Below, one piece after another: positions 42,241-56,100 of a stretch of DNA of 64,000 bases (its first letter is position 1; each line of letters starts with the position of its first letter). The stretch is taken from the NCBI RefSeq assembly GCF_009914755.1, contig NC_060936.1; one strand, 5' to 3'. A program made the translations under genes and the position numbers. The notes under the pieces are model-generated. The model had not been told where the DNA came from and ran no database searches. It was given only the letters and a program-made list of their open reading frames with translations. This DNA comes from the human T2T-CHM13v2.0 reference genome, Homo sapiens.

Positions 42241-42464
42241 TGAGAAGATGGCGCTGGGCAGGTCCATGTGTGGGCGCAGGAGCTAGAAAGGCCTGGTGGA
42301 TTCAGGGGGAATGGGAAGGAAGTTGATGTCCCCTCCTGGGGTCATCAGGGCGAGCTGTGGGGTCTGGTTGAATGGCCTTCTTCAGAGCAGTCCCTGGTGT
42401 GGGCTGGACACTTGTAGCCACTGAGTCTCTGTCCCACAAAGGGTTGGGAGCTTCCTGATGTCCA

Positions 42465-42600
42465 CACTGGCCCCAAGGAATCCGCTTCCCCTGGGTCTCG
42501 TTGGAAATGCACAGTCTCAGACCCCAGCCCAGACCTACTGGTCAGGGCCTGCATTTCATCAAGACCCCTGGGGATTTGTGTGTAATGGGAGTTGGAGAAA
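42465..42600. mobile_element. MER5A-like MITE
   Basis: 'gttggaaatgcacagtctcagaccccagcccagacctact...ctgcattt'. Confidence 0.7.
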
Positions 42601-44569
42601 CGTGATCTGTAATGAGCTACTCCTGCTTAATGCAACTGGAGGGGTGGGCTTCTGTGGTTACAGCAAAGAACCCGATGATGCAGAAGCCATGGGAGGGATG
42701 TGACCAGGGAGTGAGATGATCGGGTTCATCCTTTATCCATCCTGCTGCTGGACTGCAGATGGACGAGACAGGAGGCCAGCACGTATCCAGAGAAAACACA
42801 TCTCTGACAAGACAAACATGCAAAACCTGTGAAAAGACCCAGACACACACACCTGCAGGTGAAACTTAGACACACATGCACACACACACAAACCCAGAAA
42901 CAACCGTCTACACAGGCGCACAGAACCACAAACACACAAGCAGGGGTGGGGTGACTTCACCCCAGAACATCCCCTTTCTTATTTCCCTGGATCTGCAAGA
43001 AGGAGCCGAGCCTGCCTGACTTTGGTCCCTCACTCACCACTAGACCTTGAAAGTGAAATTGAATATCCACAAGCCCGTGACCTTGGGGTTCTGGAGAATG
43101 GGTCCTGTAATGAGTGTCATGGCTCCAGGCCAGGTGAAATGCAGGCGTTCCAGCCTCTGTCCGGGAGGGTCACTCGGCCCACTTGCTGAGGGCGCAGATC
43201 CATGTGGATTAAATGCTAATGGCTTTTCAGCTGGGGCTGCTAGAGCCCAGTGCAGGACCATGGGCAGTGTGTTTGCTGGAGGCACTTTTGCCCTCGACAG
43301 GACATTGCGGGCAGGCTACCTGCTGCGACCCAGGTTAGCACAATGTGATACGTGCCATTTGTGCAGCAGCAGGGGACTGGGCATAGAGACAGGGGACATC
43401 AGCCTGTGCCCGTGATCCAGCTGTAAACACAGATTTATACCCAGGCCAAATCTATCCACGAATCCATTTCAAAGGAATAAAATCACATTAGAGGGATAGT
43501 AATTGTGTAATATATTACACTTGAAATTAGAATTCTATGAAATCTCATTATTTATGTCTAGACTAAAAGAGATTGAGTTTTGGTTATTGAACTACATTTC
43601 CTGTTGCTCTGATGAGGAATGATGCTTCTCTAAGAGCCACTGTCTCATTCCTGAAGCGTGGTGTTTTCAGAGCAGCACCACGAGGGGCTTCTGGAAGTCT
43701 CTGGGACTCAGGGTTGGTCTGGAGGGACATCGGGGCTGCCCTGGGCCTGCTTGTCCTCAGGCCACTTCATCCCCCTTCCCATGAGTCTCTGGGCTCACCC
43801 CCATGGGCTGCATTTCCCAGGCTCTGATAGGGCTGGTCTCCGCCTGGATTGGCGGTCGGGGGCTGTGGTGGAGGGTGAGGGCAAGAAGGACCCAGGGTGT
43901 TCCCCTCTGCCTGGGCCGCATCTGCAGTGCCCGTGTCTCCACCATGCCGCCAGTCTCCTCTGTGGCCCCTGAGCTGAAGACTGAACCCTCTCTCTTGGCT
44001 CCTCTATCCCAGGGTCAATGACGGGTTGTCACTGATCTTTGCCTCACAGGCCCTTGTTTGCCTTCTCAGCTTTCCATGCAGATCCCTGTATTGTCTCTTC
44101 CTGGCTGAAGCACCTGCAGTGACCCCTCTTTCCTTGGTTGGACCCTAGTGCAGACGTACCCCTCACCAGGACACTCAGGCCTCTACCCCACCCATTTCAT
44201 CCTCCTCTCATCCTCACACACCATCTGCCCTGGTGCCCAGACTCCTTCCTGTCCTCTACACCAGCCCCAGCGCCTTTGCTCCTGCTGCCTGCTTGTCTGG
44301 AGTCCCCACTGTAAACTCAGCCCCTCTATGAACTTCCTGCTCATGCGAGACCTCTGGAAGTCACCAGTCCTAAGCCTCCCACCTGCAGATGGGATCTGCT
44401 GGAACATTCCAGAGCCCTTGCCTGTCCCCTTATGGGTGCTTAGAAAGAGTGCATCCTGGGGTGGTCACACAACGTTCACTTTTGTTCATTATGTACCAAT
44501 TATTCACCAAGTATTCACTGATGCTGACTATGTGTTAACCACTGTGATACAGCAGGATAATCGGGACTT

Positions 44570-45200
44570 TTTCCATTGTAGGTGACAGAAAGCCCAACTC
44601 AAACTGACTTGAGTAAGAAGGAAAGTTTTTTGACATATAACTATTCATAGCTATGTCAGCTTCAGGCATGGCTGGATCTAGGAGATCAACTTAGGTCTCT
44701 GAAGGCTGTCTCTTTACACCTCTTGGCTCTACTTTTCTTCATGTTGGTGATGGAGCTACAACAGTGGAATGAGAATTTATTTTCAGGTCAAAGTAGCAGA
44801 AATCTCTAGAATTGGCTTAAACACCTAATCGCTTATTGATGTAAATAACTACCCAGGGGTAGTTTATCTTCAGGCATGGCTGGATCCAGGAGATCTCCAT
44901 AATTCTCTCCTGTTGCCTCTTCCTGTGCTTCCTCTATATGGGCTGCATCCTCAGACAGAATCCCTCACTGTGGTGTCAAGATACCTTCTAGAGGTTGTGA
45001 GGCTTGCATCTCAGCCTCTCAGGAACCCTGCTGGAAGGGGAAGTTCTTGATTTCTCAAGTTCTTTAAAACAAGAGTTCCAAAATTTAGTTTCCTTGTCTC
45101 CTAAAGGTCTGGTTTGGGTCACCCATCCATCTATGTTCCTATAATTGTGGCCAGGGGAATGCAGGGTTTTGATTGTCTGTGCCTCACACACAAGCCCAAT
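44570..45200 (-). mobile_element. MLT1K/L-like LTR sequence
   Basis: 'gtgacagaaagcccaactcaaactgacttgag'; 'cttcaggcatggctggatc' occurs twice. Confidence 0.7.
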
Positions 45201-45259
45201 GAGCCAAGCATAAGTTTCAAGCAAGTTAAGTACATGTATGTAAACAATGAAAGATCACA

Positions 45260-45408
45260 TATATTCAATTCAAACTTTGATTTTGAGAAAAATTGTAGAT
45301 TCATGTGCTGTCATAAGAAGTAATACAGGACCTTTTGCAACTTTTACCCAGTTTCCCCAGTGGTAACTTCTGGCAAAATGATGGTCCAATATCACAGCCA
45401 GAGCATCA
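45260..45408 (-). mobile_element. L1MC 3' end fragment
   Basis: 'ttttacccagtttccccagtggtaac...caatatcacagccag'. Confidence 0.7.
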
Positions 45409-46691
45409 CCAGTGAGGTCTTGTCAGGTGGAAAAATGGTGGCCATCCCAGCCAAAATGTCAGAGATAGAACTTGGTTGTGTTGTCAGATGCGCCTTATGC
45501 TTCTGTGCATGCATCAGTGTGTTTGTAAGACCACTGCACAGGGGAGCAGATATTTGCCACAGAGGCCACGGGTTACAGCGGTTTTGTGAGGTGTGGTTCG
45601 ATTGGAGGAGGCTCTCAAAGCCTCTGGACTTATGCGTTAGCTTTAGAGGGGAAAGTGTCCTTACACGGGCGCGCAACCAAAAATTAGTTTCCCAAGATGG
45701 TGGACTCGGAATGTGTTCATGCATCTCTGTGTAATTAAAATTGATTTTTAAAAATAGAAAAAAAAATAGTGCCCATTTCCCTGAAGGCAGAATGTCTCTT
45801 ATCTAGTGTGATGTTTGTCACATGACTGGCAGAGAGTGTATGATTTTATTGCATCTCCTCAGTAGATTGCTGGAAAAATTTTCTAACACAATAAGGTTAA
45901 GAGCTTCTTCATTATTATAGCTTTGTATAATTGCAGCATTTTATGATGATATAAACCAGCATGGACTCTCAGTCTATAAACAGTCCCCTCCCTCCCTTTA
46001 GCAGAGAATGCCCTTCCTGTGGTTAATGGGGACATATTCCTGGCTTCAGAAGGGAAGAGCTATCCTCAGAGGGTAGCCAGTCCCCCAGATCCTGGTCGTG
46101 CAGGCAGTGGGTGCTGTTGCCCTGTCCTGGGAGGGTGAAAAGTCAAGGGTACTTTTCTACAGGGCAGAGGAGAAGGGAATACATGTACAATATGCAGCAC
46201 GTACAGCCCCTGCTCCAGGATCTGCAGTGGCTCCCTACATTAATGATGGAAGAACTACTGGTGGAGGGGAGGGAAGACCACATATGCACCGTTTATCTGG
46301 TGTATGTGTACCAGAAGCTGACTCAGTGTGTTTTATGCATCCTCTGATGCATATTTAAGGTAATCCTGTGGCACAGGCCTGAAAATTATCCCCATTCTAC
46401 AGAGGCAGGAGCTAGGCTCAACTCCTAACGGTGGGGCCCATGTCTACAGCCTTGTCTGATTTAACAAAAGCCTGTGCCACTTGCTACAGCCCTTCAAGTC
46501 TTCAGTACCATTTTGGCTCTGGCTTGTAAGCAGGTTGCCTAAGTTCATGGATAGGGGTGTGGGTGCTGAGCACACTCTCCTTTTTTTCTTTTGCCTCAGG
46601 GAAATGAAAGGATATACATGGAAATGGAGTTCAGGAGGAAGGTCTGAAAGGCAAAGGAGGAGGAGTCCATTTTATTCTCACCACCTGGCTG

Positions 46692-47648
46692 TCCATCATT
46701 ATTACCATTATCATCATTATCTTCATCACCCTCATCATCACCATAACCATTCACCATTGTCATTGTAATAATTATTGTCATTATTGTCATCTTCTTCATT
46801 ATCATCATATTCTTTGCCATCATCACCTTTGTTACCATCAACATCCGTTTCATCATCACTATTGTCATAACTATCACCATTATCATTATCACCATCACCA
46901 GCACCATCATCATCACCATCCTTATCATCACCATTATGATCTCTATCACCATCATCACCATCACCATCATTACCATTATCATCACTATCATCATAACCAT
47001 CCTCACCATCACCACCATCATTATCATCATCATTACCATCATCATCATCACCATCACCATCATCCTCACCATCACCATCATCCTTACCATCATCCTCACC
47101 ATCACCATCATCCTTATCATCGCCATCAATCATCATCATGACCATCATTACCATCATCATAACCATAATCCCCACCATCCTCACCATCATCATTACCATC
47201 ACCATTCTCACCATCACAATCATCACCATCACCATCATCCTCACCATCACCATCATCACCATCATCATCACCATCACCGTCATCATCCTCACCATCACCA
47301 TCATCCTCACCATCACCATCAATCATCACCATCATTACCATCATCATAACCATCATTCTCACCATCCTCACCATCATTACCATCACCATTCTCACCATCA
47401 CCATCATCACCATCACCATCATCCTCACCATCAACACCATCATCATCATCACTGTCATTATTGTCTTCTGCATTATCATCATATTTCTTACCATACTCAT
47501 CACGAGCACCCCCATCCTTGTCATTTCATTATCACTGTTATTGTGTTCTTCATTATCATATGTTTTACCATCATCACCCTCATCACCTTCACTATCACTG
47601 TTGCCATAACTGTCATCATTTTCACTGCCACCATTATCTCAGCCATCA
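46692..47648. repeat. Degenerate (CAT/CAC)n trinucleotide array, ~950 bp
   Basis: Continuous catcatcaccat pattern; source of the His-, Ile/Thr-, Met- and Asp-rich ORFs. Confidence 0.97.
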
Positions 47649-47649
47649 C

Positions 47650-47870
47650 GAAATATGGTGCTCCCCATGTCCCAGTGACTGCACTAGGTGATTTTCATCT
47701 ATTACTTCTCTATCATTATCCCAAGCCTAGAAGGTAGGTGTCATCATAATCCCTATTTTAATGATAAGGAAATTGGGCCACAGAGAGGTTATGGAGCTCA
47801 CCTAATGTCATACAAGTAATGACTGGCATAGTCTGGATTCAAACCCAGCAATCTGGCCCGACAGTTCATT
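47650..47870 (-). mobile_element. MIR
   Basis: 'ccctattttaatgataaggaaattgggccacagagaggtta...ggattcaaacccagcaatctgg'. Confidence 0.8.
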
Positions 47871-48084
47871 ATCTTAGGCACTTCCTGTACTGTAAAATAA
47901 AATCTGGGATGCCTGAGTAGGAGTGGCCTCTGTAAGGGCCCTTGGAGACTCCAGCCCCAGGATGTGAACCCTGAACCACCCCTGATCAATGTGCTGATAG
48001 GAAGAACCAGTATTAATGATACCTGCTCTGTGCTGACCACATTTGTGGGAGAATTACTTATAAGACCTGCACACTGAATGATCA

Positions 48085-48190
48085 TCCTAACAGATGGGGA
48101 TTGCCTTATCTTCAATATGCAAATGAGGAAACTGAGGCACTCAGTGGTGTGGTTAGTTGCCCAAGGACACAGTGAGTGAGTAACGGGGCT
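48085..48190 (-). mobile_element. MIR core fragment
   Basis: 'caaatgaggaaactgaggcac...gttgcccaaggacacag'. Confidence 0.75.
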
Positions 48191-49269
48191 GCAATTTTTA
48201 TCCTCCTCATCCTCATCACCATCTTCATCCTTATCACAGTTACCCTTCCCTCCTTTTTTTAAATGATTATCATTTTCTATATGTCTTGATTCCTTTGAGA
48301 AAGGGAGGTCATTTTTCATTGTGGTTTTGATTAACTTGTTTCTTTCTTAAACATACAGGCACTGTTCGGAGATTTACACAGAGAATATGTTGAGATATTG
48401 TGAAATTAATACCAAATAATTGTCTAAAATAAGAGAAGAAAAAGTCTGGTCATTCATTCTCACTAGTAGTATTTGTACAGCTTTCCTTCGGTCTTACTTT
48501 TCTGAAAATATATGCCTTTTCTTCTTTTACCAAACAGGGATGAATGCAGTCCATGATATTTCACAACCACCCTCCCTCACTGGGTGATATGTCATAACAC
48601 ATCATGCCATATCATGCCACCGTGGTCCTTGTACATTTGCTTCGTGATAGGGAATCCTCAACTGTGACTCTGGCCAGCCCCTCCCACCTGTCCTCATGGC
48701 TGATCAGTGGGACAATCCTCTGTTCCCCACCTCCCTCTTTCCATCTTCATCCCACTATTCCTTGATCATCAGCTCCTGACCTACACCTTCCAGGGGACCC
48801 TTGCTCCCTTGTCCTCTGGGATCCTCCTCCTCACAGGGGGTTTACAGCCCTTATGTGATCTCATCCCACACCCTCGTCACACATGTCCTGAGGCGCTCCC
48901 ACTCCAGACACTGGGCTGGGTATTGGGGACATAGGGACAGCCCAGCTGACATTATTTGACCCCTTACAGGCACCAGGAATTTACTTGTCTAATCCCCTGC
49001 ATTTTCACAGCAGCCCTATGAGGTGTGTTCTGTTATGTTCCTGAATTGAACATAAGTAAAGTGAGGTAGAAGTTGCACAGTGAGCAAGAGGAGAGGCCGG
49101 ACTTCACCCCAGGCCATCAGAATCCAGGGTTGAGCTCCGAAGTCTCATGCTAGTCCATGGCCCGAGCCTGGGAGGAGGTCACCCCGTGTCAGAGGACCCT
49201 TCCCCTGTCCCTGTCTTGTGTTGTGAGGAAGGCCAGACAGGGCCCTAAGTGCTCTGAGCAGCTGGAACT

Positions 49270-49685
49270 CGTTGGGATACAAGTGACAGAAAAGCCAACT
49301 TTAACCAGGGGATTTCGGATTCAAGCTCCTGCACAGTCCAGGGCTACCGCTGGCTCCTGCAAGACTGGGTTCAGGCTCCATGGCGCCATCAGGGCCCGAT
49401 GCCTCTCTCCCCACACCACTGTCTCCTTGCTCCTTTCACGTTGACTCCTTTCTCTGACAGGCTCCTCCTTCATGGATGTAAAATGGCTGCAGCCCCTCCG
49501 GACCTCACATTGTCTCAGCTTCAGGTCCACTGGGAAGCCACCTGCCTCCGTCCCAGCATTCCCTGCAATCATCTCATTGGATCTCACTGGGTTGGATTGG
49601 GTCACATGTCCATCCCTCAGCCAATCACAGTGGCTGGTGGAATAAATGCCCTGATTGGCTTAGGCTTGGGGAAGTCACACGGTCT
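49270..49685 (-). mobile_element. MLT1K/L-like LTR
   Basis: 'caagtgacagaaaagccaact', 'ttgggtcacatgtccatccctcagccaatcacagtggc...ctgattggcttaggc'. Confidence 0.7.
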
Positions 49686-49844
49686 TGCCTGAGGAGTTCT
49701 GGAGCCTTTTCCAAAAGACAAGTCTAAGAGCAGGAAGGGCCCCCTCAGCAGAGATGCACTGGCGTGGGCTCACCAGGGAGAGGGAAGAGACAACGCTTGG
49801 CACAGCCCACAGCACGGCTGCTCATAAACACTCACAGCCCCTCC

Positions 49845-50150
49845 GTGTCAGAGGACCTTCCCCACCACTGACATCAGGCTGGGCCATGCGACTGCCTTTG
49901 TCCATAAAACTGGAGAGGAAGTGAGGGGCGTGGCTTCTGGGCAGCAGCTTTAGTGCTTCATGAGTTATTCGTCACGTTCTCTCTCCCTCCCTCTGAGCAG
50001 CAGGAAGTGCAGATGGCGAGGACGAGACGCCCAGCCAAGGGACAATGGACGAAGAGCGTGAGCGGGGGCGAGCCTTTCCCTTCGTGAGCAGCTGGGATCG
50101 GGGATGTTTGTTACCGCAGGGCAGCCTAGCACGTCCCGGCTGGTTCCCAC
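49845..50150 (+). mobile_element. MLT1H-J-like LTR relic, CpG-rich
   Basis: 'caggctgggccatgcgactgccttt', 3' end 'ggggatgtttgttaccgcagggcagcctagc'. Confidence 0.55.
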
Positions 50151-53100
50151 TTACACACACAGTGCGCGTTTGTCACGGACCAGGACCTGGGCATCTCTGG
50201 GGCTTGTTTCCCTACAGAGCCAAGTCTGCAGGGCACCCAACAAATAACCCCCAAGTCACTGTTCACGCTGCTCCTGCTCCCCCGGGCTCTGGGTGGCTCC
50301 TTCCCCCTCCAGAGCCTCCGGAGCCGCCCGTGCTCCTTGCTCCAGCCTGAAGCACCCAGGAGGACCCAGCAGCAGGTCAGGAGCAGTGACAAGCTCCTGA
50401 ACCGTGGAAATGAGTCTGGTTTCCATCGATTTCCTCGGGGCCTCTGGGCTTGGGTGTGATGAGTTTCTGCCCTGGATCAAATAGCTGGAGGGGAGAGCTG
50501 GCCTCAGATGTGCACTGGCGGCCAGAATGTTCCCCAGAGTCACACAGGGCCAGGCCTGCAATGCAGCATTTGCTTAGCGGCTGACCCATTCTTCCGCGCA
50601 CTCGGAGGCATGGACACCCCCAGAAGCAGTCCCTCCTCCCCCCGACGTGACGCGGCCTGTGCATTTTCAGGTGAGGGACGGCTGGTGTCATCGTTGGAGC
50701 TTCCTAAGACTCCCAGAGGCTGATGCACCTCCCAGACCCGCCTCCGCCCGGCTCCCTGGGCCCTGCTCCAGGGGCTTCATTGCTCCCTGCCCCGGGTCAC
50801 CCCTCGGCTCACCGTCTCTCAGGTAGGCGTCTTCACATCAGATTTGTGGCTTTTCTGTTAAAATTCTTCACAAACTGGCTGTGCCCTGACAGGCGGGGCC
50901 CAGGGCTGAGCAGGGGCCTTGTGGAGAGTGAGTCCGGGCTCCTACCAGTTCGGATTGTGGGACTTCAGTCTCCTCTTCTGGGGATAAGGGGATAAGGGTG
51001 CCTTCCTCCCACGTGGTTGGGATTGCCCGGGGCCATGTGTGGACATCAGCGCAGCCTGGGGATACACCAGCTCTCACTCGGGTATTGCTGTCCCTGGGGA
51101 GACGGAAGGAGCAGCCGACTTGCACCGAGAAGAAAGCAAAACACTCTCTCGTGGTTAAGGGCGTTGCGCGGTTGCTCTCACAGGGACCGGCGTTCCCTGT
51201 CGGGAGGGATGCGGCTCTGCTGTAACCCAGGCCGAAGGAGTTTCATGGCCTCTAGCTTGGAACGTTGAGAATTTTAAACCTACCCAGATGTTTCATGCCT
51301 GGCTGTCCCAGGAAAATTCTTTTTTTTTCTTTTATTTCTTTATTCTTCAATTTGGGCAAATACCTACTTAGAAAAGCAGCATAAAGCATGTGCTCCCTGC
51401 AACTCCTATGCGGGGCGGCTGCCCTGGGGTCTTAACAGGGTGTTTGGTGCAAACTGCCTCTGTTGAGCAAAGTCGAAACCAATTCTGTCGTTAGCCCCAT
51501 CGATTCCAACTGTGGAAATGTATTCAATGAATTCACACCTGAACAAAATGTACGTTCACACACAGTTGCCGGAAGATTGTTTGGAGACTGGAGAACGCTC
51601 TCACAGCGCCTGGTTGGACACCGCGTGCTCAGGCACGTCATGGGGCCCCACGGGGTTCTTCCCATGGGAGCCCTGCACACCTGTGCTGACAGCAGCAACC
51701 ATGGAGCTGTATCTGGCCCGGGAACGGCCACGTGGTGTGAGCTCCTATTGGTGTAAATGGGGACACAGGCAGGTGCCCCGTCCACCTATCCTGTCCCTGC
51801 TCAGTGTCACCCTCCTTGCTGAGTGGGGTCCCATTGGCGAGTTTTCAGATGAATCAAGGATGCTCCAGGTAGAGCCCCTGTTACTCCAGGCAGAGCCCTT
51901 GTCTGCGGGGAGCTGCCCCTCCTCGGGTGCCTGGAGAGGGCACATATGTTGGGGGTGGTCAGTGTGGCTCAGGTCTCCACACTACCTGCCCCCTGCTTCC
52001 CTCCTGCTGAGGCCGGGTGGACTCCAGGGAGGGGAGCCAGTGTTCTTGGGTTCACGGACACAGAGCAGGATGTGGGGACAGAAAAATCAAATCCCTGCAC
52101 AGACCCCTCGGTTCTTCCCAGACATGCTCTTTTTCATGCCCAAATCACCTGGACACGCTTCTGTTGCCCTGGCTGGTTCCTAAAGTGGCCCTGATCCCTG
52201 CGTCCAGGGCGCTATCCTCACCACGTGCCTCTTCCCCCCGGCCAGCCCAGAGCTGCCCTGCCCAGGGACTTCAGTCCCAGATCCACAGCGGCTCTTGGGG
52301 GTCTCGCCGGGAAGGCTTGGGTGGGTCACTCCCATTTCCCACCATCCCACTGGGGCCTTCCTGGTTAGTTCTGGGGTCCAGACCCCTGTCTCCTCATCTA
52401 GATGGGGACAATGAGGCTCTGGGAGGGAGGTGGTGCTGGGGTAACCAGCAGGAGATCAGCAGCCAGGCCTGGACTTGTGTGTCCTCGGGTGACGTGGGGC
52501 TCTGCTGGCTGGTCTCTGGGGCCTCTCAGTCCAGGTCTGCAGCCACCTGTGGTCCTGAGGGCCACACAGCTCATGGTTTGCAACCCGGGTCATTTTTTTT
52601 CTAACTCAGTAAAGCCTGACCTCTCTGGTCACAGCCATCACTGCCAAAATCAGGTCAAAGGCAACTCCCTTGTGCACAGAGCAGCTCCACTTCTGCTGTT
52701 GACAGGTGGGAGTCCCAATGCCCTGGGGTGCGATCAGCCACACTTCTGTCTCCATGGCAGGGCCATGCGTGCATCCCCCACTCTGCTGATGGACCAGAGG
52801 CTGCCCAGCACGGAAGCCAGATGTCACCATGCTTGTCCCTAGAGCAGCCGTGCAGGGCATGGAGCAGCAGAGCTCAGAGCTTATGCAGGGCTGATAGGGC
52901 TGATGCGGGGAAGCCGGCCCCGCCATGCTGCAGTCCCCGTGCGGGAAGGAGCTCACCTGAAGGGAGTGCTCTCATTGGCTGGGAGCCTCCACTGACTCCA
53001 CAGCACTCTCCTGACTTGTGCCAGACACCTTCGAAACAGTCACTGGGCTGAAAAGTGACCAGAGCATAGGGTCGAGCTGTGAAGATGAGTTGTGGATGGC

Positions 53101-56100
53101 AAGGGAGGGAGCAGCGCTGGCCTGGGCTCTGGCAGCCCTGCTGAGTCCATCTCCCTGAGGATGGGCCGGGCTGGGCCGGGGCTGGCACTCCGTGATGTGG
53201 AACGGGGTGTGTTGGGGGAGCCTTTGCTGGGAAGGACTCCTGCTGAGAGGAGCCGTGTGTCGTGGAGGCTGTGGTTCCGAATCTCTTAGCAGGTGTGATT
53301 CTCTGCTTATTCGAATTAACTAAACTATAAATCATGCCTGCCACATCCCGTTCCCATTGGTTTCCGTGGATTCACTGCTCATTTCTTGTTAGAAAGTGCT
53401 GTGGGCATCAGGAGTAGCTCAATAAGCAAAATGAAGCAGGTGCGGCAACTTCAGACAACCGAGTGTCCGCTGGGCTCTGCCTGCAGGTGTCTCCTTTTCA
53501 TGAAACCAATTTGGCCCTGGTCAGCCCATTATGATAGGGAGGGTGGAGTTTGCTCCTGGGGATGGAAGGGCCGGCTCCGGGAGGATGAACCGGGGCACAA
53601 ACAAGATGACACGACTGTGGCGGGTGTTCCTGCCCAGGTCCCTCTGACATTGCAGGTGCCACGCTCTGTGGTCCTGCTGCACCCACGTCCTCCTTCGTCC
53701 CATCTCAAGAGGCAGCCCAGAGCACCCGTCTCAAGGGAATTCCTTCCTAAGCCCATGTGCTCTCCCAGCACGCCCTTTAGTTCTCTTCCAATTTACAGCC
53801 TTGCTTTTTAATTCGTTTGAAATGGTGGGCTTTAAAAATAAATTTATTTTTACCCTGAATATGCTGTGAATGTAAATGAAATGTCCTTTTCCTCAACAAT
53901 TACCACTTAGACAGGAATCTCCATGTTCCCTCCGTGGGCAACCCTGTCTTTTATGAACCTCCAGGGATATGTTAAACACACACAGAAACATGGAGATGTG
54001 TGTGCTTTCTAAGATAATATAGCACAGCATGGACTTATCTTCTTCAGAGTTTTTTTCATTCTTTTCCTTCCCCTACTGGTTTTTAGGATGGACATTCTGC
54101 ATCTCTTGTCGCTTACCTTTTGACAAGTGCGTTTAATTCATTACACTTTCATTAATAGCCATCTCTGCCTCCTTTCTGAATTATGATTATTAATTTCAAC
54201 TATTGCCCTCTGGCTGACAGGCTGTTAACATACAGTCTTCTAGCTGGGTTTGGTTTTATTTCCTCTGTCGATATTATTATTTAATAATTATTTACTATTG
54301 TACCATATACATCATTTTCTTTTCTCACTGTAACTTACTGTATTTCAAACTGCTTCTCAGTAAATTGTCTTCTTTATGCATTTCCTTCAGGAATTCTAGT
54401 AGGGAGAGGGTCCCTGGAGTTAATCCCTCCTTTTTCTGTATCTTTGAAAACAGTTCTAGTCTCATCTACCCCTCATATTTCCTACTTTCCATCTGGCCCT
54501 GTTCAGAAACGTGTGGCTCCCTCCGGGATCCCGGGAGATGGTGTCCTCCTAAGAGGTTGACCTGGAGTCACCTTGTAGGGCCTGTTCCTCCCCAGGCGCC
54601 CCTCAGGGACATCTCAGCTCCTCTCTCACCACCACCTGTAAATAGCCCTCTGTGGGGGCTGCGATAGACCCAGCTCATGGCTACAGGGCTTCACCCCTCC
54701 CTGTGGAGCCCCCACCCTCTGCCCTTGGCTTTGGGCTTGAGCCTGGGAGTGGCTCTGGCCAGCAGAAAGGGATGGGGACGGTGCAGAATCCCTCAGGCTT
54801 CCCGTGTCCACGTCCCTGGCTCCTCACCACACCGGAACAGGACTCCCGCCAGCAGCTGGGGAGACCGTTATCTAGTGCATCCTCTGAAGGCAGCAGGCTG
54901 CTGTGGGCTGAGGCGCTTTTTAGACACTTAGGAGATAATTCACAACTCATCAGGAACACCGCATCACTGCTTATGGGTGTCTCACGACTGCAGTAGGGAA
55001 AATAGGTCTCTTATTGGAAGATTAAGGAAGAAAGATTTTCTCCCTACAGACTCCTCCTGAGCAGCCATGCACGTGGCGTTTACTCCCAATGGGCGATGGG
55101 ATTTTCATCAGCTTTTATGTTCAGAAGGCAGGGCACACCTGGAAGCTGTTGTCGAGGGATGGCCTGATTGAGCTCGTGAGGCCCTGGGCGTGCGGGTAGG
55201 GTCCGTTCCTGATCAGGAGCGTTCTCAGCGTTGTGAGCAGCACAGGGCTCAGAGGCTCAGAGGTCCCCAGGAGGCAGGCCCTGCAGCGTGGGGCAAGGGA
55301 TGGGCACAAATGCTGGGTGCGTGCTGTTGTTGCCCTGGGAGGCCTTGGCAGTGGCGGATCCAGTAGCACAGGCATCATTGGGTATGCTCCCTGCTGGGGC
55401 CGTGGGGGTGGAGCCTTCCAGGTCCAGCCGAGGACACACGCAAGCGTGCGGCTGTGAGTGCTGGGAGGGGTGGCCCATGGCCCTGGCAGCCCCAGGCCCA
55501 CACCCTACTGTGTTCTGGGGGAGATGAGATGATTTTCCTGAAATATTCTTTCTCTTCCTGGCCCCGTTCTCCAGGTGTGGAATATCCTGCTCCAATCAAA
55601 GCCATGTCACCTGCGTTGTCCAGTGAAACGTCAGCGGACAGGCGCTGCCCGGGCTCCAGGGAGCTCCTCACTGAGGCTCACTCCCTGTGCCTCTGCCATC
55701 AGCACAGGGGGACATGCCTGGCTGCCTGTGGGACCAGGGAGGACGCGCGGTGCGGGAGCAGAGCCAGCCACACTGCCGCTGCTGCACTGTTCATCTGAGT
55801 GGCGCAAGGTGAGCTGACACCCGTTGGACCCTCAGACCCCTGAGCCAGCCCCACTGAGATCTGAGCCACCGCGGCCAAACTGCAGTCACCTGGGAAGGAA
55901 GCCCCGCGTTCCGCCTCTGAGATGTGCGGCACTTTGCTGTGCAGCAGGTGCGGATGCGAGCGCCTCCAGCCGCTCCCCTGCTCCCTGGTTTTGGAAGCTT
56001 CCCCTCTCCTGGGCCTCACGGTGCTAGGATCCACCACGAGCCATTGCTTTGGTTGTTTCTCAAGTCCAGAGAAGAGAGTTTTCTGTGCAGTGAAAACCTT

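Noticed and set aside
46596-47737. His-, Ile/Thr-, Met- and Asp-rich ORFs
   Set aside because: Translations of the (CAT)n array, which is depleted of stop codons
51430-51600. AT-richer unique patch within GC-rich DNA, possible conserved enhancer
   Set aside because: No motif or structure strong enough to support a call without alignments
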